This document shows, piece after piece, positions 36,863 to 47,552 of a stretch of DNA of 64,000 bases (within the stretch, counting starts at the first letter, position 1; every line of letters begins with the position of its first letter). The notes under the pieces were generated by a model. The model saw only the letters and a program-made list of their open reading frames with translations. It searched no databases and was not told the DNA's origin. A program made the translations under genes and the position numbers. This stretch comes from Naegleria gruberi (lineage: Eukaryota). The DNA lies in the NCBI GenBank assembly GCA_000004985.1, contig GG738864.1; one strand, written 5' to 3'.

Positions 36863-37379
36863 ATTGAAAGCTCTCCAATCCCAAACAACCAACTCATCAA
36901 AAAAACAAAACAATTCAAAATACTTACAAAAATTGAAACTCAATTGCAAGATGAAGAATTTAGCAACACCTATGGTTGAACCATGTTATTTCTTTTTCAA
37001 TGGAGGTTGTTATAGACCTTGCGGTCATTCTCACTGTCCACCTCAACACGAATTGGCAATTTGGAAACAAATTTGGGCTAAAAGAAACTCAAAGAAACAA
37101 AAATACCAAACCGGTGTTTCCAATGAAGAAATGGAATATTTCAAGAAGAAGATGAGAGAGTATTTGGAACAACAAGAAGAAATGAATATGAAAATCAGAA
37201 TGCAATCCAGAGAAATTGAAAGACAACACGATACTATCAATGCCATGAAATGTCAAAGATCATCATTGATTGCTGCTCAATCACCAGTAACTGTTAATAA
37301 TAATTATGTAAATGTTGTGAATGTTCCAGAAAATGGTAATTTCAGAATTAGAACCACTCATACCAGATATTTGCAATAG
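36744..37379 (+). CDS. hypothetical protein with CCCH-like zinc finger and coiled coil
   Basis: The ORF starts at 36744 inside repeat B. The functional start may be the downstream MKNLATPMVEP at about 36950. The finger is CYFFFNGGCYRPCGHSH (C-x7-C-x3-C-x3-H, CCCH-like). It is followed by a charged coiled coil (EEMEYFKKKMREYLEQQEEMNMKIRMQSREIERQ). Confidence 0.5.
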   Translation: MATFHVSFTMKRTNHQIRSRYEVTSRCCSKYFESRSENYLLKALQSQTTNSSKKQNNSKYLQKLKLNCKMKNLATPMVEPCYFFFNGGCYRPCGHSHCPPQHELAIWKQIWAKRNSKKQKYQTGVSNEEMEYFKKKMREYLEQQEEMNMKIRMQSREIERQHDTINAMKCQRSSLIAAQSPVTVNNNYVNVVNVPENGNFRIRTTHTRYLQ

Positions 37380-37546
37380 ATAGACAAGAAATTTCCAAAT
37401 ATGTAAATTGAAAAAAATGTAAAAAAACAAAAAAATGTAAAAACAAACAAAATTAATAAAAATAATTTCAAAAAATTTCTTTATTCAACTTTTTCACAAA
37501 CATTAAAAACTCTTCACACTATTCTCTTCTATTTTTCTATTATTAT

Positions 37547-39082
37547 TTAAAAAGGATTTCTTTGATTGAAAATTTGTGGTTGATAATTCAAATGATATGG
37601 ATAGTATTGAGTTGGATGTTGTCCGTAATAGAGAGTTCTCTGTCTAATTGGAATGTGATGATTATTGGCAGGAATATGTGGCATGTAAAAGACAGGAGCT
37701 GCTTCAGTATTATCAGCTGCATGCAAACTTCTAACTTGTGGTTGACCAGTTTGTTGTTGAGGAGGAGCTCCTTGTTGTTGTTGTTGACCTTGGGCAGGAG
37801 CTTGTTGTGGAGGAGGACCCATTGGTTGACCACCTTGTTGTGGTTGACCACCTTGTTGTTGCTGTTGTTGTTGTTGAGGAACAGGTAATGGTTGTTCTTG
37901 ACCTCCACTAATACAGAAAACTTCACTCTTAGCCAAACATCTAACATTAAAAGGTCCAACAAAGACTGGATTCACACAAATAAAATAGGAACATCCCGGA
38001 GTTGTTTGTAAAGCTCCGCCCCACATGATAATGAATGGAATTTTACCACTTCTTGGTGGAGCTGCAGCTTGTTGATTGACATTAATTAATCTGACATCAT
38101 CTACAACATATTCTCTGTTTTGATCTCTGATTTGGAATACACTGACTGAGAATTGATCGAAATTGAAATTTTCAGAGAATTCCAAGAATTGAGTTGTGTT
38201 GAATTGCCATTGAGCATTAGCAACTGGTTGACTAATGTTGAAACTACCAGATGATAATGAAAACATGCCTGATTTGGCAAAACAGACACCTTCATCAGCT
38301 TGATTAGTTTGGTTATTACTCTTTGGATCAACTCCTGCTTCATTCGAAACTAACTCTGCACACAAGTAATACATGTTACCATATTTGACATCTGGCATTG
38401 TTGGAACCAGATATGATAACTCACCAAATGGCTTACTCTTATCAAGAATATATGAATTCTTTGAGTTTTCTACTTGAGTATCAGCTTGTTGACCACCATT
38501 CTTCCACAAACTAATGGAAATTGAAATTGAACCCTGAGCACCATTTTCAACACCATTTCCAAAGAATTGACTATATACAACTGAGTAGTTTTGGCCAGTG
38601 AACCATTTGGTATATTGTTGTGGATAATCCAATGTCAAGTAAGGTCTTCTTGGAGCTCCACCAGAGTTGACCAAATCTGGATTGTAAGAACAATAGAAAC
38701 CACCAACTGCATAACAATCAGTAGAGTGAGTAATTGAGGTATTAGTAGGATTGAGACATGCATAATAGGAACAGCTTTGAGTTGCATTCACTGGAATGAC
38801 CCAAGGGACGTAACCAGAAGCTCCTGGAATGTTAACTTCACTTGTCATGACTAATTCATCAGCTTGATCTTGTCTTTGTCTGTACAGTGTGAGTGTTGCA
38901 TTTTGTCCACTCAAGACTCCACCACCAATGTAGAGTAAGGGAAGGACACGACCTGTCGGAAGAACTGCGGTGTTATCCGGGATAATTACATACAAGGCAG
39001 TGGTGGTGAGGGAAATTGCCAATATATAGAAAAGTGCAAGTAGCAAAATTGAATAGCTATACTTCATTCGATTGTTGTTCAT
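37547..39082 (-). CDS. secreted protein with Gln/Pro-rich C-terminal tail, 511 aa
   Basis: An N-terminal signal/anchor (YSILLLALFYILAISLTTTALYVI) is followed by a Cys-containing globular region. The tail is low-complexity (QQQQQQQQGGQPQQGGQPMGPPPQQAPAQGQQQQQGAPPQQQTGQ). Confidence 0.6.
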   Translation of the reverse strand: MNNNRMKYSYSILLLALFYILAISLTTTALYVIIPDNTAVLPTGRVLPLLYIGGGVLSGQNATLTLYRQRQDQADELVMTSEVNIPGASGYVPWVIPVNATQSCSYYACLNPTNTSITHSTDCYAVGGFYCSYNPDLVNSGGAPRRPYLTLDYPQQYTKWFTGQNYSVVYSQFFGNGVENGAQGSISISISLWKNGGQQADTQVENSKNSYILDKSKPFGELSYLVPTMPDVKYGNMYYLCAELVSNEAGVDPKSNNQTNQADEGVCFAKSGMFSLSSGSFNISQPVANAQWQFNTTQFLEFSENFNFDQFSVSVFQIRDQNREYVVDDVRLINVNQQAAAPPRSGKIPFIIMWGGALQTTPGCSYFICVNPVFVGPFNVRCLAKSEVFCISGGQEQPLPVPQQQQQQQQGGQPQQGGQPMGPPPQQAPAQGQQQQQGAPPQQQTGQPQVRSLHAADNTEAAPVFYMPHIPANNHHIPIRQRTLYYGQHPTQYYPYHLNYQPQIFNQRNPF

Positions 39083-39439
39083 TTTTTTTTGAGTTGATAA
39101 AGTTTTTGAATTTTATGGAAAATTTATTGTAAAGTGAAAGATGCCTAATATGGTAATTGGAATTTTGAGGAATTGGTAATGGATGGATAAAATGCATGTT
39201 ATTTCCTTCTTCCTTTTTCAATTTATGCAATCTTTACATTCGGATACTTTACAAAATTGTTCAGTCGTTGTAACTTTCTAATATAACTTTCCAATAAATA
39301 ATAATTAACTAATTAATACTAAAATTTTCAAACATTGTTAGTATTGAAAAATGAAAATTATTCATTGTCACTTAAACTTTCTCTGTTCTATCAAGTTCCA
39401 TCGAAATTCTATTAGAAACATTTAGTCAATCAGAAAAAA

Positions 39440-40015
39440 ATGAATGGATTTTATAACTGCATACGAGAAACTTTAAAAGCAGCTTTCTCATTAATAGATC
39501 TATCACAATCTTCATCAAATATCCATCCCGAAGTTGAAATTGGGTAAGTCACTTGTCAATTAATTTAACAAACAAGTGAAAGAACAAACAGAGAGTTTTT
39601 AATGAATCCAATAATTATTTGTTATCGAAAATGGTATCACGAATGTTTAATTGAAGGATCTTGCAATTCCATTCGTATTAGTTTTCGTATAAATGGTGAC
39701 GATGAAATTTCCCGAATTCTTATTCGAAAGTTTATGAGAATAGTCCACAATAGAGCCGAATCTTTAGAAATTCTCAGAAGAAAACCCATCTCTGGGTATG
39801 ATATCACCTTCCTCCTCACTCTTTCCCATTTACAACAAATGAATCATGAGCTATTAATTGATTCCATTTTGAATTTTATAAAAACCTCAACAGAGCTACT
39901 TGTCAATCAACCATTTTCATATGACAGTTTTCCAATATTTGTAAAGATGAGAGGAAGACTCTTGGCAAGGAAAGAGATTTTTGCAGGCACTTGCATTTTG
40001 ACTGACAGGAAATAA
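39440..40015 (+). CDS. arpc4: Arp2/3 complex subunit 4 (ARPC4/p20), two exons
   Basis: Exon 1 is 39440..39543 (MNGFYNCIRETLKAAFSLIDLSQSSSNIHPEVEI, donor GG|GTAAGT). Exon 2 runs from 39592 (acceptor AACAG; alternative acceptor at 39577) to 40015. The spliced product reads ...PEVEIGEFLMNPIIICYRKWYHECLIEGSCNSIRISFRINGDDEISRILIRKFMRIVHNRAESLEILRRKPISGYDITFLLT... It aligns to human ARPC4 ...[84 protein letters not shown]... The ORF track shows only the 3' exon with a false start. Confidence 0.85.
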
Positions 40016-40490
40016 ATTTTTAAGAATTTACAATTTTGGACAATACAAACATGTTTGATTGGATTACAATGTTTATTGTTAATGGAAAGACACATTAAAA
40101 TTGTTTAAAATATCTACTATCGTTTCATCATGTGATTGATAAGTTTCGTACAAAGTCAGTATCCATTTAGAAACCATTTATAAAACCATTGATGAACTAA
40201 TTTCAATATGCCAAGTCACAACCTCTTATATCATGTTGTTGATTAATTTGTGCGCGAACATGATCGATTAATAAAACTGAAAATCTATCACAACATCCTG
40301 ATGAATAGTGAAAGCAACCAAAATTAGTCCTCTTAACTGGATATAGTCATACCATTGCCATCTATCTAATAAACTTTCGAATTGTTTAGTTGTAACGTTC
40401 TTAGTGCCTATTCCTGTAATTTTGCCGTAAGAAAGATATCATTAGGTATTACAAACAAATCAAAAAAAACCACAAATATCTCTCGATAGA

Positions 40491-41036
40491 ATGATAACAA
40501 CAACAACGAATGAATCGACACTTGAGTGCAGTGTTGCAGAAATGAGCTGTTGTTGTTGGGAATGCACTAGTGAATGTTTTAATATTGCAAAGGGATCATT
40601 TTCGAATAGTTCAATAATAGACGAAACTAAACAATCTGAAACTGTAATTCTTGATGAAAATTATTTGGATAAACTGATTGATCTGGAATTGAGGAATGTT
40701 CCATCTTCATTGGGATTGGTGTGGAGTAAATTATCTTGCACATCAAATCCTAATGAATTTCTCTTCAAAACTAATCCAAACACAGTTTCGTCGTCTTCTC
40801 AAAAGTGTTATCATTTCTCTAGCAGTGAAGCTTCTAGTCATACAATATCTAATACCTGTCAACCAGTTTCGAATATCCATCAAGCAGAAAGCGCAACTAA
40901 ACTGTCAAAGAAAAAGAAACCAAAAAAGGATAACAACAAGCCAAACTATAGAGTTAGGTTTTCGTATAACAAATTCGAAGAAATTGAATTTAGAAAATCA
41001 AATCCTAAAAAAAAGTTTATCATTTTCAAAGAATAA
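40491..41036 (+). CDS. hypothetical protein, 181 aa
   Basis: An ORF with a Cys-rich N-terminus and a Lys-rich tail. I recognise no domain, and the alternative-frame ORF 40696..41052 overlaps it. Confidence 0.35.
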   Translation: MITTTTNESTLECSVAEMSCCCWECTSECFNIAKGSFSNSSIIDETKQSETVILDENYLDKLIDLELRNVPSSLGLVWSKLSCTSNPNEFLFKTNPNTVSSSSQKCYHFSSSEASSHTISNTCQPVSNIHQAESATKLSKKKKPKKDNNKPNYRVRFSYNKFEEIEFRKSNPKKKFIIFKE

Positions 41037-41068
41037 AATCCAAAATCGATAATATTCGAATTTAGGAT

Positions 41069-42259
41069 TTAGTTTCTTTTCCTATTCGAAGCCAGAATAA
41101 TTTGTCTTATAACAGTTGGACCATACCTATCGAACCATCTCTTCCTCAACCAGCTCACCACCACAAACGAAACTGAATTAATAGAAAATGGAAGAAAGCA
41201 AGCCCACAGAAAAACATCCAAAATTATTCTCGAATAAATTACATTAGGATTGAAAACAAATCTCCAATAAGTTACAATAATCAAATAAAACATCAAGTGA
41301 TAGCCATTCCAAAATCGAGAACTTGTTGTAAAATTCAATTTCTCATCAATAAATTCTCTAATATTCAAAATGAGAACAAACCACATGAAGAAAATTGGGA
41401 CGAAATGGACGAAAACATATCCGAAAGACCAAGTGGCCAATCCATAATACAAGTAAGCAAAATTTGCCACAATTGTCAAACCCTGAGCTGGAAAGAAAAA
41501 GTAAAACCATGAAATTCTTCTCAACCATCTGAATTTTTTCACAGTCGTTGTAAACACAACAAGTGAACACAAACAATAACTCCAAAAACACATCCACACC
41601 CAATAGCCCTCCATATTCGTGTAGGGAATGTAGATTAGGATCATCATGACAGTTACTAGATAGTGAGCGACCTCAATTATTTTCCTTGTTAAATTCTTGT
41701 CGTCTTCCTTTCGAAAAACTCTATTCGAAATGTCGACAAATCTCTTATCCAATTTAATTAATTTAAGATGGTCTGTATTTTCTTCAGAAATGGCAACATC
41801 TTGATTCTCCTCTTTCAATGCTTGATTCAAATGTTCCTCTAAATTAATAAGAAACAAGTAATTTACCAATGGACGAATCAAAACTAAATGAACCATCACT
41901 GCAAACGAAACAAAAAAGAAACAAGCAATCACTGCATTACTTCCAGATTCATTTGAAAAACTCTCTCTCATACACGTCCATATAAACTCTGGAATTTTAG
42001 CTAAAATTTCCCAAATCGAATAATTTTCCACTAAATAAACTAAATGTTCAAGCAGTGACGAAAGTTCCGATTCATGTTTATAGTTATTTGTAAAAATTTG
42101 CTTTTCCGTATCATCATGATGATGAAAAACCTGATAAATTTGCTCATGTAGAAAATTCGTTACATTCCTCATCAATTGTTCACCATCAAAGAATCCAATA
42201 AAACCCTCTGAGTGGATGATATCCGAATATTCACTTGCCATTTTTTTTTTGATTGGCAT
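41069..42259 (-). CDS. multi-pass membrane protein, 396 aa
   Basis: At least six hydrophobic helices (AVIACFFFVSFAVMVHLVLI, IIEVAHYLVTVMMILIYIPY, WVWMCFWSYCLCSLVVFTTTV, FYFFFPAQGLTIVANFAYLYYGLATW, FVHFVPIFFMWFVLIL, LWACFLPFSINSVSFVVVSW). I cannot assign a family. Confidence 0.55.
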   Translation of the reverse strand: MPIKKKMASEYSDIIHSEGFIGFFDGEQLMRNVTNFLHEQIYQVFHHHDDTEKQIFTNNYKHESELSSLLEHLVYLVENYSIWEILAKIPEFIWTCMRESFSNESGSNAVIACFFFVSFAVMVHLVLIRPLVNYLFLINLEEHLNQALKEENQDVAISEENTDHLKLIKLDKRFVDISNRVFRKEDDKNLTRKIIEVAHYLVTVMMILIYIPYTNMEGYWVWMCFWSYCLCSLVVFTTTVKKFRWLRRISWFYFFFPAQGLTIVANFAYLYYGLATWSFGYVFVHFVPIFFMWFVLILNIREFIDEKLNFTTSSRFWNGYHLMFYLIIVTYWRFVFNPNVIYSRIILDVFLWACFLPFSINSVSFVVVSWLRKRWFDRYGPTVIRQIILASNRKRN

Positions 42260-42518
42260 GATGTGAATTGGATTACAATGATGTTTAATTGAAAGTCCTT
42301 AATGACTATCAAAAATATAAATTTAAGTATGTGTTATGATTGGCCAAAAACTACAAAAATCAAGTGCTCCAATTTGGTAATATATTGTGGGATGGAAAAG
42401 GTATTTGTAATGCTCAGCGGATAGTCCTACAATTTAGGAAGAGCAGGACAAGAATATGTTCACAAAGACTTTACAGTTGAGCCTTAATTCAGAGTGATGT
42501 TGTAAAACGACTACCTCT

Positions 42519-44522
42519 TTATTGAGTCAACTTTTGCTTTTTGAGTGGCCCTTCAGTTGTCGTTGTTGAGCTTTCTTGTTCTTGCTTTATAATAGGTTGT
42601 AAAGGTGGCATTGCAAAAGGAGGTGGTAAAGGTTTTCCGAGTGGCATTCCACCCATTGGATTAAGATAGGGATTATTCATTGAAGGTGGCGGGAATGGTG
42701 AATTTTGGAGAAGTTGAGTAGGATTTGGCAAGAGTGGCATTCCACCAGGAATATTAGAGCTGAGTGGTGGAAGTTGTGGAAGAGATGAACCTGGTTGGAA
42801 GTGAACTGCCATATCTTCAAGATTGGTTAATCCTGGTTTTTGTGGTGTTGTAATAAGTCCAGTTTGATTTGGTAAGAGGAGAGAGCTCGTGGAAGGGGTA
42901 AGATTTACAACTGGTGGCTGTGGAATTGTATCACTTGGAGTCAGTGATGGCATTGGCCATGTATTTGGTGTGGCTTGTTTCTCCTTCTTCTTTGGTTCTG
43001 GTTTCTTGGTTGTTGATGATTTAATCTTTTTAAGAAATACATCTGGTTTGGAAAAGACAGCAAATTGGGATGAAATCTTACTCATTACGAGTTTGTAAGA
43101 ATTACTTGCCATATCCTTTCTGAAAATACTAATATAAAAACAAAACTTTCCTCTCCAGCTAAGAGCCTTTTTCTCGGTTGGCCAAAAGAGTTCAACAACC
43201 CAATTTCTTGTTGTAGGATCCTCAGTAAAACTGTATGTAATAACAGGTGTGCATTCAAGTCCAGTCGCAAATTCTTTAAATTCCTCCTCTTGTCCATTAT
43301 TACCTGAAGCGCAGAGGGTGAAATGAGTCGGATCCACACTATTGATAATATCATCGAATGGTGTGAAAGGAATGCTACTATCTAAAAGTCCAGCACTATC
43401 AATCATGGTACCAGGCGAATCTGCCCCATTATTAGAGCTAGCATTGTTGTTGTTTGGAGGGAATAGAGATGGATCAATATTGGCATTGGTTTCTTTGGCT
43501 GATTTTTTCTTCTTTGGTGATAGCTCAATATTTTTTGGTTTGTTTGACTTTTTGTCTGTTGTGGTTGTGTTTTCCTTTGGACTAATAGGTGGAATTGTTG
43601 GGAAGGGTTGTGCCACCCTGACCTTAGTGGGCGAAGCAGAGCTCTCCTGACTGTTGGAGCTTTCACTCTTTTGTTGTTGTAATTGCTTGTAGGATTTGAA
43701 TACTTTTGGCATGGCAACTGGTGGATCTTCACGTTTTGGTGGTGCAACACTGATACTCAAAAGGTTTTCAGCAGCAGTGGCCTCCGAGCATTCTGAATCA
43801 TTGGATTCTTCACTTTCATCGGCTGCTGGTTCTATTGTGAGAATTGGAACTGTTGATGATGATGAAGGAGGAGGTGGCAGCAATGTCCCCTGATTATTAG
43901 TGGCTCCATTAGCAAGAGAGTAAGGTGACATAAATGGACCATTGAGTGGTATTGTTGATGGCAGTGGCGTGATTTTTCGTTTTCTCATCTGTGTTAAATT
44001 CTTCAATAATTTCAATTCCACAAAATATCTACTGTGTGGTGTATTTCCTTTCAATTCAAAGAACTTTTCATTCGGTTCGAGTCGGAACTGTATCATGATG
44101 AGAATTGTTTTGATGATGGGCACAACCAAATGGTGATGATGGTTGAAATAAAAATTTTCGCAACCATGATATGATGATGAAGATTGTCATGTTGGTGGTT
44201 GCAAGTATTATTAGGACACAATTAGAAAAAGGTCAAAATTATATCATCAACTATTAACAACAACACATACTTCATAGTGGTGAGTTCTAAAGAGAATGTC
44301 CTTTGGAGATTCCTCTTGATTTTTGATTTTTCTAGAGGTCACTAGAACATTTACATCGGCATCTCTGTTGGATGTATCGACAAAGACAGCACTAGAATGT
44401 TGTAAATATAACAAATTGGTAAATAAATTGAATGTTTTTGCAACATACCTGTCGATTTGGTTCATCCATTTCAGTTCAATTTTGTGAAAATTCTTCTTGG
44501 AAGAGTTCTTGGATTCATTCAT
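42519..44522 (-). CDS. hypothetical Pro/Ser-rich protein, two exons joined across a 183-nt intron
   Basis: Exon 1 is 44271..44522 (84 codons, ending ...FRTHHYE, donor GTATGT). The intron is 44088..44270 with acceptor ATACAG. Exon 2 is 42519..44087 and begins FRLEPNEKFFELKGNTPHSRYFVELK in the same frame as ORF 42519..44129. The remaining protein is long and P/S/T-rich with poly-Pro motifs. Confidence 0.5.
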
Positions 44523-45251
44523 GATATCAATTAATCGGCTCTGTATTACTAAAAGAATGATATGATGGTGATGATGTAATCAAGTCGGTATGGCATCAAA
44601 GACGAGATCGTGTTGATAATTATATTATTATTAGATCCACATAAGAGTCATCATCATCAAATAATATTCATAGTACAAGCACAAGAATCATATTAATTTT
44701 AGAACAACAACAATGTAAGCTCTTATCAGAGTTCATATCAAACACTTACCAAAATATCTAACAATGATGATAATAATAATATTCCTTTTCTTTCAAATCG
44801 TAACAACAACTTGTTCTTATTGTATTGATGATGATAAATATCCAATACAAAAAATCCGAAATTGTATTTTCTTCTTGTTGTCGTTGCAAAGCAGAGTTGT
44901 GCGGTTCTTGCTTGTTGTGATGTGGTGTTTGAAGCTTTTAAAAAAAATTCAAGCCGCAACTTTAATTCTTTTTATTGGTTGAATTTTTTCTTGGCTTGGT
45001 TACAACGGTGATGAGTTCCTTTTTGCTTGTCATGGTGGCAAGTTCCCGCAAGCAATGAAGAAAGAATCTTTTTGCCGCCAAGAAGGAAAAAATGAAATAG
45101 GAAAATACGCAAACATTCTTATGTGAGGTGGTTAGATAATTGGGCTTTTGCTACTTGACTAAGCAATAAATTGGATATCGGAAGATATGGATAATGTACA
45201 ATTTGATATTTAAATTGATGAATAATATCGAAAGTAATTGATGATGATGAT

Positions 45252-47238
45252 TTATTTCTTGCAATTAGCTTGTTCAATTACGTGGGTCAAATTGAAGAGG
45301 GCAGAGAACTCAGTGATGAGCAAATTTTCATCAAATTGGAACCAATTGATAACACGATACTTTACGTGGCAACCTTTCTTGTTGAATTGAGAAATGTTCT
45401 TTGAGAAACCAGCATATAAATTATTGACTTCAATCTTACTTGTAATATCCTCTGTGATGTTGACTAAAGTATCAAAGAAGCTTGCAAAGTTGTCAATGAT
45501 TTGTTTCTTACCCTTCACATTATTGGATCCTATTGGAATATTGACCTGTGAATCGATGGCAAACAAACTATCCAATAGTGGAATGTCTCTTTCAACTTGT
45601 CCTTTCTGGAAGAGATGAACTCGCTTGATAATTTCCTCATCTCTTGTGGATTTAACACTTTGTTTGTTGGAGTTATCAATGTGAATCAATTTGGAACTCT
45701 CTTTGGCAATATCATAATTGGAACCAATACTTTGTTTAAAATTGAAAAAGTTGCTTGGATCATACTTTCTCTTGATTTCCAATAATCTATTGTAGAAATC
45801 TCCATAATATTCACTCTTCCAATTTGGTAACTTGTCATCAATATAGTTAACGTAAGCACCATCGAAATTGTACTTGACTTTGGAGTAAAATTCTTCAATC
45901 CATTTAGAATTTGTTGTATGTTCTTCCTTCCTATCAAAAATTGCCTTAAACTCAAAGGTAAATTCAGCATTTCTTCTATAGAATGCAGTGGACTCGAGAG
46001 GAATTTCACGAACTCTGCCACCAACATGAGAAAAGATAACCATAGAATGCTTTGATGGTCTATTCTTGACATATTTGTAAATGGTTGCAACAAAGTCACC
46101 ATTGAAATTTCCCAAATTAACCAGGCCAGACTTGACAATACCATATCTATTCTTAATATCAGTAGTGCCAGATGAGAAGGTTTTCATAAATTCTGGGAAT
46201 GTTTGCTTTTTGTGGAAACTCAAAATTCCATTCATTGAGAGGAATGGTTCAATCAATCTTGTTCCCTCTGCAAAATCTCCATTGTAAACAAAAGTCAAAC
46301 AGAATTGATCTTGTAAAATATTAGGGACTTGGAAGAAGAGACCATAAGCAGTCATCTCCTTTGGAATTGATTGAGTCCAGTGATTATAGAATTGCAATAC
46401 ATTAAGCGATTGTTCAAAAGTCCAACATATTTGTGAGGTCATGATTGGTTTCGATTGGTAAACTCTTGTCTTTATGGCAGTCATTACTCCAAAATTACCA
46501 CCACCTCCACCTCTGAGAGCCCAATATAAATCAGGATATGAATTATTATTCACATGAACATAGTCACCATTTGCCAAGACCACATCAAATTCAATAACTT
46601 GATCACTTCCCAATCCATAGGAACGAGACAACATGGAATAGCCTCCTCCCAAAGTAAATCCTGAAACTCCAACCTATAGAGATGAATTATTAAAAGAAAT
46701 TATTAAGAAAAAGATGCAAGAACAAACATACATGTGGACAAGTTCCAGCAACAGGAACAAATGGAGCCAAGGCTGGATAAATTGTATTCCATTGCAATCC
46801 AGCTTCAATATAAGCAATTCCATTCACGGTATCGATAACTTGTGTCTTGTTGAAATATCTCATATCCAACACAAGTTCAGGATTCAATGAATAACCAACA
46901 GCTGAATGTCCACCACATTTAGCACTAAATTGCACTTGATATTTGGATGCAAATTTGACAGTTTCCTGCACATCACGTACATCCAATGGCAATACTACCA
47001 CACGAGGTCTAATCTGATACGAACCATTATCGATATAAATTGATTCATTATACAAATGTGCAAGTTGTGAATTCGATTCAGTACTACTAATTAATTGACC
47101 TTTCAATTTTGCAGTCAGTTCGTGATAGGGAATATTCGACACATGACTAATGGCCGTGATCGGATCCAACAACAAGATACATTCAACAATAAACAACACA
47201 ACAGCAGAGATAATCAGCTGATATCGGAGTCGAGACAT
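45252..47238 (-). CDS. berberine-bridge-enzyme-like FAD-linked oxidase (secreted), two exons
   Basis: Exon 1 is 46732..47238. It carries the signal peptide MSRLRYQLIISAVVLFIVECILLL and the FAD-binding region ...SAKCGGHSAVGYS...VAGTCPH, with donor GTATGT. The intron is 46674..46731 (58 nt, ending CTATAG). Exon 2 is 45252..46673 and begins VGVSGFTLGGGYSMLSRSYGLGSDQVIEFDVVLANG, with the GGGGNFGV motif. The spliced junction restores the BBE/PCMH-domain consensus G.CP.VGV.G..LGGG.G. The ORF track splits it into 46690..47295 and 45252..46652. Confidence 0.8.
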
Positions 47239-47552
47239 TTTTTTGTAATTTAATTCAATGTGTGAGAAGTATATATTTACTGTTGTTGATTTCAAAGACA
47301 GGAGTGTAAGATAATAGCACAGTTACATTCATACAAGTCGATTCGCCATCTTTGAACTGGGGAAGGATGTATTTCAAGGATTGCTGCGGAGGAAATAATT
47401 GGTGCGAGGCAAAAAAAATGAATAATACGTTCTCTAGCATAACCATATGGAGTTGTTTAAAAGATTTTAAATGGATGCTAATCGATTTGAAAATTGATGG
47501 TAATCTTTGATCTAGCTCACCTAATACATTTTTTGTAAATAATTTTACAATA

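Noticed and set aside
40696-41052. 118-aa alternative-frame ORF overlapping 40491..41036
   Set aside because: It overlaps almost completely with the longer ORF in another frame. Neither has homology, so only the longer one is kept, at low confidence.
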